Assembly: GCA_963724215.1 (NCBI GenBank) | Contig: CAVRTZ010000008.1 | Span: 130,378-194,377 of the forward strand | Source: an uncultured Ignavibacteria bacterium | GTDB lineage: Bacteria > Bacteroidota > Ignavibacteria > UBA10030 > SZUA-254 | Length of the DNA: 64,000 nt | Reading direction: 5' to 3' | Part shown: positions 1-8,476 of the stretch, one piece after another | Position numbering within the stretch: the stretch's first letter is position 1 | Layout: each line of letters begins with the position of its first letter | Translations under genes and position numbers: made by a program | Notes under the pieces: generated by a model | Databases searched by the model: none | What the model saw: the letters and a program-made list of their open reading frames with translations, nothing else | What the model was told of the DNA's origin: nothing

Positions 1-193
1 GGACTGGTCGCTCGTCACGAGGAGCCGCGTTTCGTCCGGGGAGAAGGCCCCGGCGGAGATCCGCGCGTTCTTGTAGAACTGGCCGATGGTGTACTGCGGG
101 ACGCTCTTCGGCGCGGCCGACTTTTCCGGGGCGCAGGAGGAAAACAGGAAAACCAGGAGGGACAGGGCCGGAGCGATGATGGACGTTTTTCAT
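1..193 (-). pseudogene. 5' end of a secreted S9-peptidase/TolB-like propeller lipoprotein gene (continues past window start); frame broken directly after the ATG
   Basis: The ATG at 193-191 overlaps the stop of the upstream corA-like gene (ATGA). Deleting one base of the T5 run at 186-190 gives MKTSIIAPALSLLVFLFSSCAPEKSAAPKSVPQYTIGQFYKNARISAGAFSPDETRLLVTSDQS, a lipobox followed by a motif typical of S9/DPP-type propeller N-termini. The uncorrected frame reads MKNVHHRSGPVPPG, which is not protein-like. Confidence 0.4.
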
Positions 194-1194
194 GGTTTTA
201 CTCCTGATGAGTGTTGTGGTAAATGGGGTTTCCGCCGGTGTACGCGTTTCCGGGTCCCCTGTTGCGGAAAACTCATCCGTCCCAGTAAAAAAGCCGTCAG
301 CCAGCCGATGAGCATCATCGCCACGGCGAAGAGGGAATAGGAGATCCGCCAGTCGATCCCGGACGTCATCATGCTGAATTCGCTCATCCCGCCGATGCCG
401 GCGACGAGGTTGAGGGGAAGGAAAACGATGTTGATGATGGTGAGATTTTTGAGCAGGACGTTCATGTTGTTGTTCACCAGCGAACCGCGGGCGTCCATCA
501 GCCCGGAGAAGACCGTCGCGTAGATTTCGGTCTGGCGGAAGCACTGGTTGGTTTCGATGAGGAGGTCGTCGATCAGGTCGCGGATCCGTTCCGGGAGCGA
601 GGTCTTCTCGGCGTGGGATTTCAGTTTCAAGAGGACCGCGTGGTTGCCGTTGATCGCGTTGGTGTAGTAGACCAGGCTCTCGGTGAGGTTGAACATCTGG
701 ATCAGGTGCCTGTTCTCCATCGAGGTGTTGATCTTCTGCTGAAGGTCCCGGCCGATCATCTTGATGACCTTCAGGTGTTCCAGGTAATGGTGGATGGTCT
801 CGTAGAGGAAGGCGAGCAGCACGTCGAGCGGTGAGCCGAGTTTCTGCGCCTTCCGCGCGCCCGTCGGCGCGATGGACACGTCCTCGGTGAGGACCACGGC
901 GAGGCGCCCGCCCGCGAGGAAGAGCCCCACGGAGGCGACGTTGAAATAAAAATTGTCCTGGCCGGAATAGTTCAACGGGCGCTTCCAGATCATCGTGATG
1001 TTCTCGCCGTCGATCTCGACCCGGGACTCCTCATCGGGGTCGAGGGCCGAGAGGAGGGAATGTTCGTCGATGTCGAACTCCTTCCGCATCCACTCCGACT
1101 CGGAGGCGTCGGGAGTGATGAAGACGAGCACCGGGGCCTCCGCCCTCTCGGAGGGCGCGAGCGTGTTATTGACCAGGTCGAATTTCTTGAGCAT
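190..1194 (-). CDS. CorA-family divalent-cation transporter (signature reads GMS instead of GMN)
   Basis: 334-aa ORF. A soluble N-domain is followed by two C-terminal TM helices flanking LNLVAGIGGMSEF, the position of the CorA YGMNF loop. The stop overlaps the next ATG. Confidence 0.75.
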   Translation of the reverse strand: MLKKFDLVNNTLAPSERAEAPVLVFITPDASESEWMRKEFDIDEHSLLSALDPDEESRVEIDGENITMIWKRPLNYSGQDNFYFNVASVGLFLAGGRLAVVLTEDVSIAPTGARKAQKLGSPLDVLLAFLYETIHHYLEHLKVIKMIGRDLQQKINTSMENRHLIQMFNLTESLVYYTNAINGNHAVLLKLKSHAEKTSLPERIRDLIDDLLIETNQCFRQTEIYATVFSGLMDARGSLVNNNMNVLLKNLTIINIVFLPLNLVAGIGGMSEFSMMTSGIDWRISYSLFAVAMMLIGWLTAFLLGRMSFPQQGTRKRVHRRKPHLPQHSSGVKP

Positions 1195-1325
1195 TGGTGG
1201 TAGTCCCTTGGTTGCATGCCGGCCGACGGACCGGCTGTTTCATGCCCGGCACGACGATCGTCCGGGTGATACGGATGGTTGAAAGGGCGGCGAACCAGCG
1301 CTTTATCCTCACCGGAGGTTCGCCT

Positions 1326-2483
1326 TCATTTCCCGCCGCCGGATTTCTTTTTCTGCTCCTCGAGGTTCTTCCGCCACGCGTCTTCCCCCCCTCCCTCGAA
1401 CGACGGTGAGATCAGTTTCGCCTGCTTCCCGTACGAGCGCGCCATCAGCGTGTCACCGAGAAAATAGTGCACTTCGCCGAGGGTGTCCCACACGTTCGGG
1501 TCGGAGGGATTCGCCCCCGCCTGGAGGTGGGCCAGCAGCGCGGCCTTCGACAGGGCGTTCCTGCCGAGCGCGGAGTAGACCGCCCGGTTGATGACCGAGG
1601 CCGGTATGTGGTCGCGGACGATCGACCGGACGAGGCTGTCGCGTGAAACGCGCAGCGTCGTTTCGTCGAGCGCGAGGTAGCCGTCGGAGAGCGCGGTCGC
1701 GCTCACGCCGTTCACCACGACGTCCCGCAGCCCCTCGTACGGCTGCATGTCGTTCTTTTCCGTTTTTTCCCTGCTGAGCCTGATCAGGTATTCCGGCCTG
1801 AGGTTCCTCGCCGACATGAACCGGTCGAGGTCCTCCTCCCTCCCCGTGAGTAATTCCTTCCCGGCGACCTTCTCGCCGGTCCACTTGTTGTACATGCACG
1901 CGCAGTGGAGGTAGTTGTACTTCGGCAGGTAACAGTAGAGGTAATCCGCCGAAGGGGCGTTCGGGTATTCCTCCTGCGTGAAACGGTGGATGACGATCCT
2001 GTTGCCGGGGTCGGCGATGACGAGGGAGTCGCCGTCGACGAACGTGATGTTTTTCCCGTAGCGCGCGATGTCGGCGGAGTCCACGAACTCCTTCAGGCGC
2101 TCGAAGTTCTTCCTGGTCGAGACCAGCGTGACGCCGTTCGAAATAAAGGGGCGCACCGAGGAAATGCTGTGCGGGTGCCAGTGGCTGTGGACCACATAGC
2201 GCAGCGGCTTCGAAGGGAAATATCCCTTCAGCGTCCGGAGGACCTTTTCGCCGCCTTCGGCGTGTTCCTCCAGCACGCGCGCGTTGCCTCCCTGGTCTTT
2301 GACCGGCACTTCGATCAGCGCGAGGAAATCGTCGAACTCGACGATCGTGCTCTTCGACTGCGACGAGTCGTAGTACATGAAGTAGAGGCCGTCCCCGGCC
2401 TTCGTGATCGTGTTGGTCTGGGCCCCGGCCGGGGACGTCGCGAGCCGGGCCGCCAGCAGCAGAAGAACGATTGAGGTTTTCAT
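1326..2483 (-). CDS. secreted metallo-beta-lactamase-fold protein with helical C-terminal domain
   Basis: 385-aa ORF with signal peptide MKTSIVLLLLAARLATSPAGAQ. HSHWHPH resembles the HxHxDH zinc motif of MBL-fold hydrolases. Family assignment is by eye only. Confidence 0.5.
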   Translation of the reverse strand: MKTSIVLLLLAARLATSPAGAQTNTITKAGDGLYFMYYDSSQSKSTIVEFDDFLALIEVPVKDQGGNARVLEEHAEGGEKVLRTLKGYFPSKPLRYVVHSHWHPHSISSVRPFISNGVTLVSTRKNFERLKEFVDSADIARYGKNITFVDGDSLVIADPGNRIVIHRFTQEEYPNAPSADYLYCYLPKYNYLHCACMYNKWTGEKVAGKELLTGREEDLDRFMSARNLRPEYLIRLSREKTEKNDMQPYEGLRDVVVNGVSATALSDGYLALDETTLRVSRDSLVRSIVRDHIPASVINRAVYSALGRNALSKAALLAHLQAGANPSDPNVWDTLGEVHYFLGDTLMARSYGKQAKLISPSFEGGGEDAWRKNLEEQKKKSGGGK

Positions 2484-2567
2484 GGGATGATCGTGGTTGA
2501 ACAGGGTGACGTATCTGTTGCAGGAAAATACGAAATCGGCGGGGATAATGTTCCGGAATCGTCGCCG

Positions 2568-3425
2568 TCAATGGATCCGGGTGACACCGTTCCGTCCCAC
2601 CTGCCGTGCGCGGACGGCGTTCACGGGTGAAAATTCGAGTATCCAGAGGTCGCCGTTTGCGGAGACAAGGCCGCCGGAGGGTTTCCAGGGGGATGTGCTC
2701 CTGTCGGCAACCGTGGTCGTGCCGCGGGGGTCGACCCGGATGACGGCCCCCCGTACCTGGACCGCCGCGTAGACGTTGTCGTTGACATCGGTCCAGAGCC
2801 CGAAGATGGCATTCCTGCTGAACGCGGGCCTCCTTCCTTCGTCGTCGGCGGTCAAGGCGCGCCCGAGGGTCCTCACCTCTCCCGCAGGGGAAAGGGCGAG
2901 GAGGTCGTCGCCGTCCACGAAGTACAGCGTCCCTCCGCGGGATACCGTCATCGAGCCCGCAGGCCGCATCTTCATTCGCGTAAGGTCGGTCGCCCGTCCG
3001 CCGGGGGTCCGTTTCCGAACCACCGTCATCGTGTCATCGTCTTCCCAGTACATGTTCCCGGCCCGGTCCCGCACGAAGTGAAAGTCGTCGTAATCGTCGC
3101 GGAAGCCGGAGCGCGCGGGAATGATGTCGGACACGACTCCGTCCGGCGAGCGTTTCCAGACCCGGTGGCCCCACTTCCCCGAGGAGTCGCCCTCGTACCA
3201 GAGATGTTCGCCGTACAGGTTGTCGAGCGTGTCGATCCAGAGTTCGTGGGTGTGGACGTTCGGCACCGCGACGGTTTTATTACCGTCCGGTGAGATGCGC
3301 CACACCTGCCTGAGGTCGGTGAAATAGATATATCCTTTCGAGTCGGCGACGATCCCGATCCCCGGATGGGCGACGGATATGCCCTGCGTGGCAAAAGCGA
3401 GGAAAATCCAGGCCAGCCCCCTCAT
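2568..3425 (-). CDS. secreted beta-propeller protein (NHL / SMP-30-gluconolactonase-like repeats)
   Basis: ORF 2568..3530 trimmed to MRGLAWIFLAFATQGISVA, a signal peptide whose ATG overlaps the stop of the upstream 60-aa ORF. Recurrent YFTD / LYFVD / VYAAV strand motifs suggest a bladed propeller. Family call is tentative. Confidence 0.5.
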   Translation of the reverse strand: MRGLAWIFLAFATQGISVAHPGIGIVADSKGYIYFTDLRQVWRISPDGNKTVAVPNVHTHELWIDTLDNLYGEHLWYEGDSSGKWGHRVWKRSPDGVVSDIIPARSGFRDDYDDFHFVRDRAGNMYWEDDDTMTVVRKRTPGGRATDLTRMKMRPAGSMTVSRGGTLYFVDGDDLLALSPAGEVRTLGRALTADDEGRRPAFSRNAIFGLWTDVNDNVYAAVQVRGAVIRVDPRGTTTVADRSTSPWKPSGGLVSANGDLWILEFSPVNAVRARQVGRNGVTRIH

Positions 3426-3604
3426 CTCCGGGCTTCGCCCTCGAGCGCGCGGACCCTCGATTCGAGTTCCTCGAGGCGCCGGGCAAGTGACCCGTCGGCC
3501 TGTTTCTGTTTGAACGTCCTCCTGATCCATTCGGGGAGTCCGAGGAGTTCAAAGAGGAGGAGGATGACGATGATCGCGGCGATGCCGCTGACGGTGTCCC
3601 ACAT
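3422..3604 (-). CDS. small single-pass membrane protein with charged coiled-coil tail
   Basis: 60-aa ORF: TM helix IAAIIVILLLFELLGL followed by RRLEELESRVRALEGEARR. It is translationally coupled (ATGA) to the propeller gene. No family recognised. Confidence 0.4.
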   Translation of the reverse strand: MWDTVSGIAAIIVILLLFELLGLPEWIRRTFKQKQADGSLARRLEELESRVRALEGEARR

Positions 3605-3751
3605 GCCTGGTCCTTTCAGTGGTGTTGGTTGAAGGTACTGAACATCCGGGAAAAATGTCCGGTTGTACCGCTCACCGGCCCCTGCCGAACCTGAGCGGGC
3701 TCGCCGCCCACGTCCCGACCGGCCTTCCGTCCACCGCCGCCTGTCCGTCGG

Positions 3752-4651
3752 CTAACCTGCGGGCAGGCGTTCCCGCAGCAGGTCCGACGGTTCGATGTGG
3801 ATCAGCACGTCGGCGATGTCGGTGCGCGACGCGAGGATCGCCCTCTTCACCTCGCGTGCGATGTCGTGCCCCACCCGCACGGTGTGCGTCCCGTCGACCG
3901 TGACGTGAAGGTCGACGTAGTACGAAAACCCCATTTTCCTGACGAAGCACTTGTCCAGACCGACGACGCCCGGTACCCGCGCGGCAAGGTCGCGGACCGC
4001 CAGTTCGATGTCCGGTGACGGCGCCCTGTCCATCACCTCGTTGATCGCGGGGCGGATGATCCGGAACGCGTTCACGACGATGATCGCCGACGCGAAGAGC
4101 GCCGCCCAGTCGTCCGCGCTCTCGTAGCCGTCCCCCCCGATGAGCGCGATCGCGATGCCGGCCGCGGCGGCGGCCGACGTGATCGCGTCGCTGCGGTGAT
4201 GCCACGCGTCGCTTTTCACCACGGTGCTGCGGATGCTCGTCCCGACGTTGAAAACGCGGCGGTACAGCGTTTCCTTGACGATGACCACGATGAGGAGGAC
4301 CGCGAGCGTGAACGGCGCCGGGGCGTGGTGGGGGGTGACGATCTCCCTGACGCTCTGGATCGCGATCCCCGCGGCCGCCGCGAAGAGGGCGAGCGCGACC
4401 ACCGTTGCGGCGAGCGGCTCCGCCTTCCCGTGGCCGTAGGGGTGGTCCTCGTCCGGGGGAAGGCCGGAGATCTTCAACCCGCCCCAGACGATGAGGGAGC
4501 TCGCGATGTCGGTCGTGGACTCGATGGCGTCGGCGATGAGCGCGTACGAATTGCCGAGGATCCCCGCGATCGCCTTGGTGACCGCGAGGAGCGTATTGGT
4601 CAACACACCCCAGATCGTGGTGCGGATCCCGAGTTGCGTTGGATGGGTCAT
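3752..4651 (-). CDS. cation diffusion facilitator (CDF) family metal efflux transporter
   Basis: ORF 3752..4747 trimmed to MTHPTQ, 3 nt after the upstream stop. It has six TM helices, DHPYGHGKAE and HHRSD motifs, and a C-terminal cytoplasmic domain ending VLIHIEP. Confidence 0.85.
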   Translation of the reverse strand: MTHPTQLGIRTTIWGVLTNTLLAVTKAIAGILGNSYALIADAIESTTDIASSLIVWGGLKISGLPPDEDHPYGHGKAEPLAATVVALALFAAAAGIAIQSVREIVTPHHAPAPFTLAVLLIVVIVKETLYRRVFNVGTSIRSTVVKSDAWHHRSDAITSAAAAAGIAIALIGGDGYESADDWAALFASAIIVVNAFRIIRPAINEVMDRAPSPDIELAVRDLAARVPGVVGLDKCFVRKMGFSYYVDLHVTVDGTHTVRVGHDIAREVKRAILASRTDIADVLIHIEPSDLLRERLPAG

Positions 4652-4653
4652 GG

Positions 4654-6755
4654 TCACTTCGTGAGCACCATTTTCCGCGTCTCGATGGTTCCTTCGGCCT
4701 GCAACCGGTAAAAATACACGCCGCTCGTGACTCCCGACACCTCCCACACGACCTCGTGGGGACCCGGTTCCATGACGCCGTCGACGAGCGTGGCGACTTC
4801 CCTTCCCAGGATGTCATACACCCTCAGGGAAACGAACCCCTGCCGCGGCAGGTCGAACCGGATCGTCGTCGCGGGGTTGAACGGGTTGGGATAATTCTGG
4901 GCCAGTCGGAACACGGCCGGCGTTGCGTCGACCGGTCCCTCCGCCGCGGTCACACCCCCTGTGGACGTCCGGAGAATGCACCCGTTGTCGGCGACGATCG
5001 TGGCGGTGACCGGGTCGATCATCGATACGGACCTGAACGTGTTCGAGGTGCGGCCCTCCTGTTTCGTCCAGGTCACGCCGCCATTCGTGGTGCCGGCGAC
5101 GAAACCCCCTTCGCCCACGACGAGCCCGTTGTTCTGATCGGCGAAGGCGACGCCGCGGAGGGAAAACGCCGTGCCGCTCGTCTGGGCGGTCCAGTTCGCC
5201 CCGCCGTCGGTGGTGTGTCGCACGACCCCGGCGTCGCCGACCGCCCAGCCGTGGTTAGCGTCAGTGAACACAACCGCGTGGAGCGCAAAGGGTGTGCCGC
5301 TCGCCTGGGGGACCCAATTCGCCCCTCCGTCGGTGGTGCGAAGGATCGTCCCGGTCGAGGTGTTCGATCCGACGATCGTCCCGGTGTCGGAATTGATGAA
5401 ATGCACGCCGTACAGCCATTGAATGGTCCCGCTCGTCTGCGGGTTCCAGTTCGTCCCGCCGTTCGTCGTCCGGAGGATCGTCCCGCCCACTCCGACGGCG
5501 GTCCCGGTGTTCGCGTCGGTGAACCAGACGGAACTGAGCGTCGTCGTCCCGGCCCCGGGCTGGAACGTCCAGGACGTCCCGCCGTTGGTCGTCCGGCGGA
5601 TCAGGCCCGACTGGCCGACCGCCGTGCCGTGATCGGCGTCGCCGAACGAGACGGCGTTGAACCCGCCGCCGACCCCCCCTTCCGGGAGCCACGTCGTCCC
5701 CCCGTCGGTCGTGCCGAGGATTCCGCCCGCCCCCACGGCCGTCCCGTTGTTCGCGTCGGTGAAGCACACCCCGTTGAGGCTCCCGTACGGCCCGGCGGAT
5801 TCGGGAGTCCACGTGGCGCCGCCGTCGCTGGTGCGCAGGATCGTGCCCAGCTGTCCGACCGCGACTCCGTCGTTCGCGTTGAGGAGCCGCACGCCGGTCA
5901 GCGACCAGGATCGAGCCGGGGTTCACCGGCGTCCAGTTCGTCCCGCCGTCGGTCGTCGTGAAGACGTGGTTGCCGCCCGGGTCGAGCCCGACGATGATGC
6001 CGTTGGACGCGTCGGCGAAGTGCACGTCGGCCAGCATCCCGATCGAGCCGCTCGTCTGGGGGTTCCAGTTCGCGCCGCCGTCGGTCGTGCGGAGGATCTT
6101 GCCGCTCCACCCGACCGCGGTGCCCGTGGATCCGCCCGTGAAATGCACGGCGTTGAGCGTGCTCGACAACCCGCTCACCTGGGGAGACCAGTTCGCCCCG
6201 CCGTCGGTCGTCCGGATGATCGTCCCTCCCGCCCCGACCGCCACACCGGTGTCGGCGTCGAGGAACCAGACTCCGTACAACCACTGGCTCGTGCCGCTCG
6301 TCTGCGGGTTCCAGGAAGCGCCGCCGTCGGTTGTGCGAAGGATCTTGCCGTTGCTGCCCACCACCGTCCCGTTGTTCACGTCGGTGAAATGGACGGCGGA
6401 GGGAAACCAGGGCGTCGCGCCGCTGATTTGTTCGGTCCAGGTTGCTCCGCCGTCGGTGGTCCGGAGGATCACGCCGAGATCGCCCACGGCGGTGCCGGTG
6501 TTCGCGTCGGAGAAGGAAACGTCGTTGAGACCGTACGGGCCGCCGTCGGATTGCTCCGTCCAGGAGACGCCGCCGTCGGTGGTGCGGAGGATCGTGTTGA
6601 AGGCCCCGACCGCGACGGCGGTGGTTGACGTCGAGGACGGCGACGGAGAAGAGGTCGCTTCCCTGCGGATGGGGCTGTTGCCACTCCCATCCGGGCTGGG
6701 CATATGTCGTCGCGCACGCGACGAGGAACAAGAACAGGTAAACGAATGATTTCAT
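4654..6755 (-). pseudogene. BNR/Ycf48-like repeat beta-propeller protein with T9SS C-terminal sorting domain; two frame breaks
   Basis: Signal peptide MKSFVYLFLFLVACATTYA starts at 6755. There are more than 12 repeats of ILRTTDGGxxW(T/N)xQ, and the C-terminus is NYPNPFNPATTIRF...GVYFYRL (T9SS type-A CTD). The pieces lie in ORFs 5898..7217 (N-terminus only), 5261..6703 and 4654..5892. Frame switches fall near 6622 (VLDVN|TAVAVG, extra C) and near 5910 (NPGS|SWSLTGV). Confidence 0.75.
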
Positions 6756-6802
6756 GATGTGATTCCTGATGAATGATATGATTGATGATGTGGTGATGAA
6801 TT

Positions 6803-7285
6803 TCAGGACCGACGACCGATATACCTGCGGACGCGGTTCCTGTAGTCGATGTATGGACGTCCGAACCGCGCCTCCAGGAACTTTTCCTCCCTGAGGATGA
6901 TGCGATGGTGAACTGTCATGGTGACGGCGAACAGGAACAGGTTCAACGGGTGGATCGCGACGCAACACGACCCGGCGCACAGCAGGAACGCCGCCAGGTA
7001 GATCGGGTTGCGGCTGATCCGGTAGACGCCGCCGGTCCTGAGTTCGGTCTCCGACTCGGGAAGTCCGACCGAGAGTGACCTGCCGAGGGAGGCGAATGAG
7101 AAAACCGCCAGGACCGTCCCCGCGGCGTACAAGACCACGCCGACAGCCCGGGCGACGGCGCTGTCGTAACCCATCGTCACTATTTCGTACCGGCCCGCGA
7201 GCGGGAACGCCCAGCAACAGGCCATGGCGATCTTTCCGGCGATCAGGACCGGGGCCGCGACGGGGCTTTTACCGATCGGATCCAT
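6803..7285 (-). CDS. membrane methyltransferase of the isoprenylcysteine carboxyl / phospholipid methyltransferase (ICMT/PEMT) type
   Basis: 160-aa ORF with four hydrophobic helices. GGVYRISRNPIY and REEKFLEARFG motifs are characteristic of this family. Confidence 0.7.
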   Translation of the reverse strand: MDPIGKSPVAAPVLIAGKIAMACCWAFPLAGRYEIVTMGYDSAVARAVGVVLYAAGTVLAVFSFASLGRSLSVGLPESETELRTGGVYRISRNPIYLAAFLLCAGSCCVAIHPLNLFLFAVTMTVHHRIILREEKFLEARFGRPYIDYRNRVRRYIGRRS

Positions 7286-7319
7286 CGTTTAGCGACGGTG
7301 TGTGCGCCGCCCTCATCCG

Positions 7320-7658
7320 TCATCCCCCGCCGTGGGTGTACCGGATGACCTTCATCTTCTCCAGCGTCACGAGCCCCCCCTCCACCGTCTCGTCGATGAA
7401 CGGCATCAGCAGGCCGATCTTCTCCTCGGTATCGACGATCTCGATCACCATCGGGAGGTCGGTCGAGAGTTCGAGCAATTTGGTGGTGTGGATGCGGCTC
7501 GCCGCGCCGAATCCCATCACCCCGCGCAGCACCGTCGCTCCGGCCAGGTTCAGTTCCCGTGCCTTCAGGACGATCTGCTCGTAGAGCGGCTTGCCGCGGT
7601 AATGGTCCGACTCCCCGATGAATATTCTGAGCAACAGGGCATCTTCCGGGAGCGTCAT
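7320..7658 (-). CDS. DUF190 (PII-like) protein, usual partner of CrcB
   Basis: 112-aa ORF. LLRIFIGESDHYRGKPLYE ... LAGATVLRGVMGFG fits the DUF190 pattern. It lies 11 nt downstream of crcB. Confidence 0.7.
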   Translation of the reverse strand: MTLPEDALLLRIFIGESDHYRGKPLYEQIVLKARELNLAGATVLRGVMGFGAASRIHTTKLLELSTDLPMVIEIVDTEEKIGLLMPFIDETVEGGLVTLEKMKVIRYTHGGG

Positions 7659-7669
7659 TGGTTCACCTT

Positions 7670-8062
7670 TTACGAGGACAGCATTTTAAGAAGGAGGCGG
7701 GCAACGTAGATGCCGGCGACGACGGAGCCGAGGCCGGCGGCGTTGCTGCCGATGACGTTCAGGGTCGCGAGGCCGAATTCCCCCTCGCGGAGCATCTGGA
7801 TCGTCTCGTACGTGTAGGTCGAGAAGGTCGTGTAGGCCCCCAGGAACCCGATCGTCAGGAGGCTCCTCCATTCTGGAGGGATGACGGCGGCGTCGAAGAG
7901 CTCCATGAGGACGCCGATGAGCAGCGATCCGGTGATGTTCACGACGAGCGTGCCGCTCGGGAATGTTCCGCCGCCCGCCTGGTAGACGAGGGTCGAGACT
8001 CCGAACCGGGCGAGCGCCCCGAAGGCCCCCCCGACCGCGATGAAAAGCGCTTGCTGCATCAA
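7670..8062 (-). CDS. crcB: fluoride ion channel CrcB/Fluc
   Basis: 130-aa ORF with four TM helices. It carries GGAFGALAR and GFLGAYTTFSTY, the two hallmark CrcB motifs. Confidence 0.9.
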   Translation of the reverse strand: MMQQALFIAVGGAFGALARFGVSTLVYQAGGGTFPSGTLVVNITGSLLIGVLMELFDAAVIPPEWRSLLTIGFLGAYTTFSTYTYETIQMLREGEFGLATLNVIGSNAAGLGSVVAGIYVARLLLKMLSS

Positions 8063-8063
8063 T

Positions 8064-8291
8064 TCACTGCCCGTGGCCGTGCTGTTTTTTCCTCCGCGAC
8101 AGCGCGAGGCCGCCGAACCCGGAGATGATCGCCATGTAAAATCCGAAATCGTACCACCACCCGGTGTTGAACGGTTCGTAGATCCTGACCCCGTCGGTGA
8201 AGATGCCGACGATCAGCGACAGCGGGGCGATCCAGCCGTGCCACACGCCGGAGAAGAATCCGGCCGGTTCCAGCGGGGGAGTACGAATCAC
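8064..8291 (-). CDS. small Trp-rich two-pass membrane protein, first gene of the crcB operon
   Basis: 75-aa ORF with a GTG start. Helices are WHGWIAPLSLIVGIF and FGFYMAIISGFGGLAL, with a basic tail RRKKQHGHGQ. The stop abuts the crcB start. No family recognised. Confidence 0.4.
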   Translation of the reverse strand: MIRTPPLEPAGFFSGVWHGWIAPLSLIVGIFTDGVRIYEPFNTGWWYDFGFYMAIISGFGGLALSRRKKQHGHGQ

Positions 8292-8476
8292 CGCCGGGAA
8301 AACAGCCGGTCAGGCAGAGCCGCGGCCGGCCAGGATCAACGCGACCGCAGCGGCTCGCACGGCCGTAGAGCGGGGGGGATAAACGCGTGGGAGTTTCATG
8401 GGCGCCTCGATGAAGGTTCCAGGGATTCGCAAAGGTACCGGACTATCCCTATATTAGCAAATATTATCATAGGGAA

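Noticed and set aside
1195-1325. Possible Mg2+ (M-box) leader upstream of the corA-like gene, and the hairpin GGCGAACC-N20-GGTTCGCC at about 1289-1324.
   Set aside because: The 130-nt region is too short for an M-box and lacks its conserved blocks. The hairpin has a 20-nt loop and no U-tract, so it is at best a weak terminator of the upstream gene.
4639-6749. Plus-strand ORFs with a striking periodic repeat (..FAPPSVVRRIVP.., for example 5958..6749 and 5657..6628).
   Set aside because: The periodicity is simply the reverse-complement reading of the ILRTTDGGANW propeller repeats of the minus-strand BNR gene.
8292-8476. Expected fluoride riboswitch upstream of the crcB operon.
   Set aside because: Reading the coding strand gave no match to the conserved crcB-motif core. 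It cannot be fully excluded without a covariance-model scan.
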